Below, in pieces: positions 22,650 through 32,200 of a stretch of 64,000 nt of DNA (the first letter of the stretch is position 1; each line of letters starts with the position of its first letter). The position numbers and the translations under genes are program-made. Origin of the DNA: Babesia bigemina (taxonomy: Eukaryota); contig NC_027217.1 in assembly GCF_000981445.1 (NCBI RefSeq), positions 2,666,001-2,730,000 of the forward strand, read 5' to 3'. The notes beneath the pieces were generated by a model. The model ran no database searches and had not been told where the DNA came from. It saw nothing but the letters and a program-made list of their open reading frames with translations.

Positions 22650-24587
22650 TTTATACGAAAGCTAAATCGAAAACCGTGACAAATGGTGAACAACCTACCC
22701 AGTAGGTGGTGGCAGTTGGGATACTAAACCTAACTGCTTCACAAACAATATGTATCCAGTTGCGTTATATATCTTGATTAATTCAAGATATGTGTCGCCG
22801 ACCGTTGCAACTGCAGTGCTCCACGGACCATGCATGATGCATCGGGTGAGCATAGATTCACCGAGCATTACACCGTATCCGACAAATCCAATATATGCTC
22901 ATTTTACACGGTAATTTAATGTGTTTATACATCTCATCTAAATGCAAAACATTGTACTCTGTATCACAACCGTCCATGCTGGACGCGAGGTCTAGAGGCA
23001 GCCATCTGCGCGATTGACATGTCAGACAGCATTAACGAATTTGTTGATGCCATAATGTGCGCATGAATGTGCTTTGCAATTGTTCTGATCGCTAATGCTG
23101 TAACGGTATGGCCCCAACCGCTCTTTCCATGAGCTGGAGGTGAAGTGCGCAGATGGACAGCGCTGTAGACAGGCATTTCATGGCTGCGTGCTCCAAGTCT
23201 TACGTCGTTCTCACGTTTAACGTGTGCTATGAAATAGTACTTGTGTGTTTGTATTCGGTAGTAATACGTCAATATGATGGTTGCCGTTCGAGTCGCCTTG
23301 CCTAGCGTCACCGGCGGCTTTGCACTGTTGCCATAGCTGTACACCAGATTAGCCACAGAGATAGAATGCCATATAAAGCGCGGATGGAGACATCATTTTT
23401 GTCGCTTACATTATCTCTGACCAGCGAGTTTCGTGTACGTGCGATCATCCCCCTGAACGGTAGCCGTTCTTTGCGAGTATGCCATTAATACCACATGTCT
23501 GGAAACTCAACGTCATACAGCATTGTGAACACTCAGAATATTCTAGTGTGTGCTAGATATATCTGTTTTATCCGCCAATGGAGCTCTACATAAGGGGTTC
23601 CTGCTACGTCGGCACTACGTCACCAACGTCCACCAGACGCAAACACACTTGCACGTATCAGCTTATACCCTATTTCCAACGTAATCAATCATTGGTAACT
23701 GGTTTTACACGGTTGTTCTACGGCTTATTCGGCTACATTTCCAGCCTCTGGGTGACCACTTATGTGTAGCATCGCTCAGCCCACTTGGCGCGCTGGTATA
23801 ACGTGCTGAGGACGTAGTCGCGAAGGATACTTATCGGTATCCAATCTTTGACGCCATCGTGGAAACCGAGTCGCAACCAGTTGCGACAATTTGCGGTAAC
23901 TCATGTATTATACGGCCATGCCGCAACTAACTGAAATCGCAATGTCGTAGGAATCGCAATACATCGGAAAACTTATATGGATTTGCATTACAACGGGATT
24001 AAGCCGTAGCACTATTGTGGCGTAAGTATATCCATGATGTACGGACTATAATACAAGGTGGGGTAAGGGCTGCAATCATAGACAAGCGACTTAGTCGTCT
24101 GGTAGGCGAGTCTAAGGGAACGCCATCATATCCTGTGTTGTAGAATGTCGTGATCATGGTTGATATGCTGCGTCATGTAGGACGTATCCCACATAATGGC
24201 CGAGGGGCTGCATTCCCTCTGCCGCATATCGGTAGCAACCCATCGTTACATTTAGTACGTTAATGCTTCAGATAAAATCTAATAGTATCCCTGGGTTCAA
24301 TATGTGCCACTATTGCACACCCCAATCACATGCACCATAGATACTACATCTCCATTGTGCGGATCAGGCTGAGGCACCTCGGCTATCTAACCGCCAGTCC
24401 CGTCGCGCCCCGTCTAATTGACGTATAGACAGTGTCATATATTGCAATTCGCATCGTCTTCATTTGTGGATCAGCGGTATAATTTTTAATCAGCCGCTAA
24501 TACACAGGTGTATAAAGGCTCGCCCTATAAATATACGAGAGGTTAAACCATTTATATCAACCGCAGCAATTCACATATCTTTTCAAA

Positions 24588-25805
24588 ATGGTGCACAATT
24601 CGTTGAACGATGTTCCACGCAACCTCAAGGAGGGTATTGACTGGTTGATGGCCCTGAAGGGAGCCGATGGTGAGAAAAACTTGAGCGCATTGGGTGCGGC
24701 AATCCACAATTTTCTCTCCTACAACCTCTTGAAAAACCCTGAGGAAGCTAAAAAGTTGCCATCCCTCGAAAATGTTAAACTTATTTCCATGGGGTTCATG
24801 TGGAAGAAGCAACTTAGGGACCTGTGGCCCGCAAACGAGATGCTCGGGAAATTCATTAAGACTATGTCCCAAAAACCCACCGATTTGGTCAATGCTATAG
24901 GCTCCGACCCTGACGAGATCACAGCGAACTTGACTAGATTTGTTGATGGTTGTGAGAAGTTCTTGGATGGTATAAAGAGCACTGCCGATTACGAATCTGC
25001 TTACAGCTCAGAAGCGACGTGGGATGCGTCGTGTTCGAAACTTCCGGAAGCCTGCGCAGCTGTCTTCGTGGGTATTGCGCCTATGTTGTACGTAGGCCTA
25101 GAGTCTATGAGGGATGCGGGTGAGAACCAATCCATTAAGTGGATGCCTTTTATTAAGAAGAAGAACTTGGGCGAGGTCATGAATGCCATGGGTTACGAAG
25201 ATCCGGTATGCCGTGAAGGCATGACTGGTCCATATTTGACCACTGCATTGAAAAACGTTAATAGAGATGTATTGGAGATCATCCACGGTCTCTGTGGGTT
25301 TGACGTTCTCTACGCGTCGGAAACCCCAGAACCTGTAAAGGCAGACAAACCAGTGGAACCTGTGTCACAATCCACAGAAGTTGAAGAGCCTCTTGTAGCT
25401 GAAGAGTCCTTAGATGTTGTGAAAGCAGAGCGATTTGCCGAGTCTGTAGAGGTTGATCAATTTGCAGAAATTAAGGAGCTTGAGCAATTTGCAGGATTTG
25501 AGGAGGTTGATCAATTTGCAGAAATTGAGGAGGTTGTGCAGGCTGCACCATTAGCAGAAGCTGAAGAAGTCGAAGAACCTGTAGATGTCGAACCGATTGC
25601 AGAGCCCGTGGAGGTTGAGCAGTTTGCGGGAGTTGAGGAACCTGTCATAGCGGAAGAATCTGTGGCGCAGGTAGAAACACAACCATCCGCGAAACCAAAG
25701 AAGTCTGGAAAGACTGGAAAAGGCAAAACGGGGAAGAAAGGTAAAAAGGGTGTAAGTGGTAAGAAGGGCAAAAAAGGTAAAAAGGCCGTAGTAGCAAATC
25801 AGTAA
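24588..25805 (+). CDS. ves-related (VESA-like N-terminus) lineage-specific protein with Glu-rich repeats and Lys/Gly tail
   Basis: N-terminal SLNDVPRNLKEGIDWLMAL resembles the Babesia ves-family SLTxxPxNLKExIDW motif. YESAYSSEATW...C...PEACAAVFVGIAPMLY is typical of the short ves-like genes. Confidence 0.7.
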   Translation: MVHNSLNDVPRNLKEGIDWLMALKGADGEKNLSALGAAIHNFLSYNLLKNPEEAKKLPSLENVKLISMGFMWKKQLRDLWPANEMLGKFIKTMSQKPTDLVNAIGSDPDEITANLTRFVDGCEKFLDGIKSTADYESAYSSEATWDASCSKLPEACAAVFVGIAPMLYVGLESMRDAGENQSIKWMPFIKKKNLGEVMNAMGYEDPVCREGMTGPYLTTALKNVNRDVLEIIHGLCGFDVLYASETPEPVKADKPVEPVSQSTEVEEPLVAEESLDVVKAERFAESVEVDQFAEIKELEQFAGFEEVDQFAEIEEVVQAAPLAEAEEVEEPVDVEPIAEPVEVEQFAGVEEPVIAEESVAQVETQPSAKPKKSGKTGKGKTGKKGKKGVSGKKGKKGKKAVVANQ

Positions 25806-26484
25806 ATGAGTATGATTCGATGTCACGATGTATTGGGCATCATTTAAACTCTTACGAGCCATTTACAGCTTGTGACATGTAATTATGGCCACTTTTATGT
25901 ATACATCATTCAACCACAATACAGCTTCAATCGATTAAGGCCGCACAGTGCTTGACATCTCTTGGGTGCTGTGTGAAACGAAATCTTACGCGTTGGTTTT
26001 CAACGTCACACAACGTTGACCGTACACTCGACGGGCATTGTGTGGAGAAGTGCATTTTAAAATTCACTCAATACACTAATTTAGGTACTCTCATCTGCAC
26101 GATCAATTTGTGTTGCTTAGGCGATGTTCTTCACGACCTTTGCAGAGCTCCAGCTCGGTGCAACCCATATAGTAGATGTAGATGATATCGCTCAACAACG
26201 CGACCTTTGATCTTACGAACTCTCCTAAATGTGTCTTGCGTGAGCATGTGAAGGTGTTTAGGTGCAGTTTAAAAGTTTACTTTGTGCTTTTGTTTACCTT
26301 TTGATTCGCTAGCGCAATCCCCTGAAAGGCGGTCCGTATGGCAGTTCACAGAAGTTATACGAACTACGCCCGGCAACAGCACTCAATAGCCGTGGCCTGT
26401 AACAGCAGGGAGACTATCCTAATTAAACAGCGCATAGCCCCAGTGCCGTGGACACATATCGCACTACGAAATTACAATTGTTTA

Positions 26485-26990
26485 CTATTATTATGTTATC
26501 TCATCTTATTGTGTGCTATGTGGATACGTGCCTTGGGCCGGTTTTCGTGTTTGCGGGGCTAACGCCTCACGCTGAAACCGGTTGCGGGATCCACGTCGGT
26601 TTGTTGCCGATCGTCACTGGTGCCATCCATGCGAGCATCCATCCAGTTTGGGCTTGAGGGTCTGCTAGAGTCGTACTCTTACCTTTGTTTCACGTCACTC
26701 TTCGCAACGTATGAGTTTGTTGCTCTAACATCGCGTTGGATGTGGGAATTTATGCGATCGGAGATGCCAAGAGCTAGTAGATGCATATTATACTGTCGCT
26801 CCACAATCCATTTCCACGTCACAACATTTGGTACAACCATGGGCATCGTCTTATCCTTTAAAAGGTATTGGCACCTTTCACGTTCCTATGACATCTTCTC
26901 CACCACGTTATGTGCACTGTCTATCGCCATATGGATAATGGTGATAACTTGGCCATGGTAATGTATCGCCAATGATGGGTGTCTTGTTGA
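26485..26990 (-). mobile_element. 5'-truncated, degenerate copy of the non-LTR retrotransposon (3' end)
   Basis: 26495-26663 matches 29297-29465 with 10 mismatches in 169 nt. Beyond that the minus strand translates VVPNVVTWKWIV...LGISDRINSHIQR versus the element's VIPYVMTWEGIV...LGISDRMEAHIQR, with a stop and frameshifts. (TAA)n-like tail at ~26485-26494. Right boundary approximate. Confidence 0.88.
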
Positions 26991-27307
26991 GGAGAATTTT
27001 CTCGGGAAGTGCAACGATGCCTCGTAATAATTTTAGTGTTATAGTGTTCATCTAAAATTTTATCAATAGTAGAACGCTATTGTTGCTGTCCACTATAGTG
27101 ACTTCAATTTTTTGTCCTGTTTATTTTTTTTTTAAATTCTTCGGTAACAAGCCAGCTAGCTGGGCAGATGGGATCTTCACTGCCATTGCTTTAAAAAATT
27201 ACTGGCTCTACTTATTAGTTGATGCATGTATTCATGCGTTATAAGTTGGTTGAAGGTCATTTTTACTCAAGATTATTTTTGTCTGTCGTCGGACGCAAAA
27301 TATAACC

Positions 27308-29287
27308 ATGGCGAAGTTTATAGGAGCCCCGTTGGCAATTTGCGCTATAATTCTGCAGTTTATTGGATTCATAAGCGCAATGGAATATGACTTCACAGAT
27401 AATATGAGCTCTTTGTATACCAATGCCCTAGTTGCATTCCACATAAATATGGATGACCTTGGGATTGCAACGCTGGCATGCCCACGCCACGTCAACGGTA
27501 CTGAGTATGTATGGCATCCCCAACCAACCGCTGATCATAACTTTAGTCTAGATACATATGTGATTAAAGATGGCGAGTTTCACTCGGTCCCTTTGTCGAC
27601 GGTAGTGATTAAGGAAGCACGACGCTTACATTTTTGGAAAGCGTCAAAGCCGTCGCAAACAAACTTGCATTGCTACCTAGGGAATGACAGTATATACGCC
27701 ATTACCGAAAACCGTTTAGTGTTCATTTGTGGTCCAAGGGATTTGGTCTTGACAGATGCGCTTCAAGCCCGACTTGCTCGCCTACGGGAGATTTATGAAA
27801 GAGAAGTATATTTATGGGATCAACCCACGCCATTGGTTGAAGAAATAGCCAAAATAGGGAAGAGCTTGGGTGTGGTGTTCTTGCACAGAAACCGACAGCA
27901 CAAACTTCTGCAGGGCTGCGGAAGCCGCCCCTCGAAACTCTTTGCTCCAGATGATGACGTGGCTGTAGACCCCATCACGAACACACGATCGTGTGTGGTA
28001 GATCCGGTGTCGGAATCGCCCATCGGTTTTATTTGTCAAGGGCGTATTGAACCTGATGATTGCATGAGGTATCTCTTGGACAGTACGGGCAGAGTCGTGA
28101 CTGCTCCTACACCACATTTATATAGGAATTTGGATAATCGTGGAAAATGGGTTATCGCGCAATATTTTAATGGCGTAGCATTACCCCGTTTCAACGGCGA
28201 ATGCCGATGCATAGATCCTGGGACTGGTCACGTCAAGGCAAGAATGGAGATTCGTTGGAAAACTGAATACGTTTGTGACATAACCAGCATGATTGCCCGT
28301 AACAGGTTCAATCCTATTCGTGGGCCGTGGTGTTCAGTGATGCTACATCCGGGTGCTACGTTGACCATAAAGTTGCCAAAACAGACAGTCAAGTCGACTC
28401 CTACTAACGAGGAATTCGAAGAAGACGGCGATGTTGACGAGGATGCTTTGTCAGTCCCATTCTCGCAACTGCCATCTATTCATGAATACGAAACTGAATT
28501 TAAGCCAGACGTATCGTTGATAATACGCCAAAGACAAACAATTCATGACTTCGATCTTTACGACGAAATCTTAATTTACGAAGCATTTACTGGTAACGTG
28601 CTCGAGGTAGATGTTTCACAAATGGAGAGAGGTGAGGTGAAGCTGAAGTACCGTGTAGACAGACCTCTGGCATTACGAAGTGGGGGCAACTCGTTCTTAT
28701 ATCATTGGACGTTCTTATCTAGGAACGAAAATGTTCTCGAAAAAATACGCGCTGTGGTGAACGTCTCATTTGCGCCTACTTATCTCTACAATATTATTGG
28801 TTGTGACAGATGGAGACCAAGTATGTTTGATCCGGCAAATGATATTGACTCTCTTACAATTAAGGACATGGGGAATGGTATAGGAGAAACATATGAATGG
28901 CTGTTAGATGTCAGGAGTGGCGAGGAGCAAGCCGGCATCCGATGCGGGCCCAATGAGGAGCTGTTTCCAGACAATTGCGAGTCCACAGGATACGATCTTT
29001 CGTCCAATCAGATTGCGCCATTTCCTACAGCTGTGCGCAATGCCACACTTTACCCAGTTCGAGGATTTCAGGTATTAGCCATGAGCTTCCAAAATGTCCC
29101 CGTCAGTCACGCTTGCAGTTGTGTTGATGAACATGGACACGAGACATCCAGACTTATTTTGAGATCCAACCGTGGTGAAGTGTATATGTACACAGTACGT
29201 CGTGAAGAGGCATACCAAAGGTTGCTACCTTACTCATTACTACCCTTGACTGAGGTGGCATATATATACGCCAATATCACTCCTATG
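27308..29287 (+). pseudogene. 6-Cys (s48/45-domain) family gene, 5' part, interrupted by the retrotransposon
   Basis: Signal peptide and 6-Cys-like motifs (QGCG, IGFICQGRIEPDDC, GIRCGPNEELFPDNC, CSCVD). The frame stops (NITPM-LN*) right after entering the element. Confidence 0.8.
29271..29287 (+). repeat. Target-site duplication, left copy CCAATATCACTCCTATG
   Basis: Identical 17-mer at 33604-33620. Confidence 0.95.
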
Positions 29288-32200
29288 TTAAATTAAGTTA
29301 TCTCATCTTATAGTGTGCTATGTGGCTACGTGCCTAGGGCCGGTTTTCGTGTTTGCGGGGCTAACGCCTCACGCTGAAACCGGTTGCGGGATCCACGCCG
29401 GTCCATTGCCGGACGTCACTGGTGCCATCCATGCGGGCATCCATCCAGTTTGGGCTTGAGGGTCTTCTACGGAATCGTAGTCTTCTTTCGGCTTCATATC
29501 CCTCATCACTATTTTATGTGTTTCTTGGATCACTACCCTTTGTATGTGGGCTTCCATGCGATCCGATATGCCCAGGTCCCGTCTGTACTTGCTGTGCTCC
29601 TTTGTCACTATTCCCTCCCACGTCATAACGTAGGGGATAACCCTGATCTTGGTGTGCTGGTTAAACTGTCGCGCCTTGAGGTCCTCAATAAGGTCTTCAT
29701 ACTTCTGCTTCTTGAACTTCTCCGTATCCACTAGGTTGTCTTGATTGGTGATTCCTATCTCCACGATGGTTATGGTGTTCCTCCGCCGATCCGCCAGGAT
29801 GATGTCTGGCCTGTTGTATTCCTTAGTCTTCTGAGTCTTGACCGTCTTGTCGTACGCGATCCATCCGTATTTTCCATGTACTTCACTCTCGATCTTGTGG
29901 GCGTCTATCTTCTCCTTGGGTAGTCCTATTTGCCTCCCGAGTACTGAGTGGACCCGTTTTGCTACCTCGTTGTGCCTCTTCGTATATTCTAGGTGTAGTA
30001 GTTTCTGGCACTTCGTCGCGAGGTGATCCACGTTCTTGCCGTTGTTGCATCTTGTGCATTTCTTGGACGAAGACATCCATTGCAGATTCCTATCCTGGAC
30101 TTCCGCTACGTTCGCTTCTTCTTCCGGAGTGAGTATTCCACACGTCAGGTACAAGGACGACGCCTCAATGTCCAGCTTGGGGTCCTCACGCTTGGCATAC
30201 AGAACCTTATGAGTTGATTTTACGTGCATTCTGTTGTACAGCCATTTGTTTTGGGCCACCCTGAGGTCCCTGAGGCTCTTGTCCGTAGTGTCCTCCATTC
30301 CGAATTCCATTCCATATCTTCCTTCCAGGTGCATCTTGATGTGAGATATGTGCGCGTATGTGTCGCGAAAATGCTGCATGATCGCAGCTCTCCTGGTTGA
30401 CGTCACCTCGTCTGCTGAAAGCGTCAACCACAGTCGTAGCAGCATGGCTTCCGCTCTAAATACCATGCTGTGGAGCCCTCTCCCCATCTCTTTCCGGGGG
30501 AGGTAGAGCCTCTGTGTGTTCGCCCACTTCTTGTGTCCGTGCTTCGCGTTAATTATTCTCCGTACTGCCAGGTCGATCTTGTCGAAATGCGTGATGTCCA
30601 TGGGGATCACGCCGATGTAGTAGTTGATGACGCTGAGGGCGTACTGGTTGATGGCCATCGAGAGGTTTTTCCCCGACAGCTTTGACGCAGCCAGTAGCTC
30701 CGTTCTCCTGCATATCTCCTGTAGTATTATGTCGAACATTCCGTCGCTTGTCAGTGAGTTTGAAGTCTCTGTGACTCCCAAGTACTTGTACGTTTCCGGG
30801 CCTTCCATCTGCTTGGCGATGCTGGCGCACGCCTCCGTGTTGGTTGCCGACTTGTCGCGGTTGATCCTGAGTCCTATGTCGTTGAAGAACTTCTCCACTT
30901 CTCGGCCCATTCCTCTCATCGTACTTTCCTCGTGGGCGAAGAACTTGAGGTCGTCAATATAGAGAAAGTGGTTTGTGGCGAATATCCTGCCGCCGGTCAC
31001 GCTTAACTCCACCTTGGGGAAGATGCGAGTCAGGTGCCTGCTCAGCGGGTCCAAGCACAGCACGAAGAGAAGGGGCGATAGGCTGTCGCCTTGGAGAATG
31101 CCCCTCTCCACTTTCTTGTGCATGATTGTGTTCTTGTTCCACCGTATCTCTATATTCCACCTCTTGATCGTCTGCTTGATGAAGTTTGATAACCACCCTG
31201 GTAGGTTAAGGTTGTCGATAACCCTTGCCAGGTACGCGTGGTCGATTGAGTCGTACGCCTTCATGACGTCGACCCACGTTGCAAGTAACTTCCCCTTGTG
31301 CTTCTCGTTGAGCGCGATGTTCGCTAACGCGTGCTCCTTTGCACCCTGTACGTTGCTCCTCGTGCCCATCTGGTTCTCGGACCGTAGTCCCCTGCCATCG
31401 ACTTCTCGCTTAAGCGTCTCCGTTGCACAGCGGGTAGTTAGCTTGTATAGGTTGGACATGCATGTGATAGGCCTGTACTGTGCGGCGGACTTTGGTTTCT
31501 TGTTCTTCGGTAGTAGGTACGTGATCCCACAGTAGAACCAGTCGTCCTGCACTTTGCCTTGCTGGCATGCCTCCTCTACTAGCCTGTAAATGACTCTGTG
31601 AAGGGACGTGAGCCATTTAATGTAGTAGTTGTAGATCCCATCCGCACCGGGCGACTTCCAGTCTCGCAATTTCTTGACGATCGTGACGAATTCCTCGTAT
31701 GTGGGAAAGCCTGCCTTGTTCTCTGCCGGTGGTCTTTCGACCAGATATCCTTCACCGTTGTGCGGTGCGTTTGGCTTCACCCACATTTGCGCCCAGTACT
31801 CTATCATCATCCCCTCGTTTATCGCCGACTCGTCCGCGTCCTGCTTGTTCTCCAGTGTCCTGTAGAAGTGTCCCGTGTAGAGCTCGAACATGCGGTTGTC
31901 GTTGTACAACTCCTTCTTGAACTTGGCGTTCTTGAGTTTGTCCTGCTCCTTTTGGAGCTCCTCTTGAGTCCTGCTGATCACGTATGACAGTTCCTGCGGC
32001 TTGTCCGCGATCATGTTGTACTTGTCCATTTGGCGATAAACGCGTTTCCTATCCTCCTTCTCCAGGGGGACCTTCTGCTTGTATTTCAGAAGTAATGCTC
32101 CTATCTCCTCCAGCTCCTTGATCCTCCTCTCAGCTGCCTCCTTCTTTCCCGAGGACGACGATGGTTTTGCGCTGTACTTGTCGTAGCAGTCCTGTGCCGT

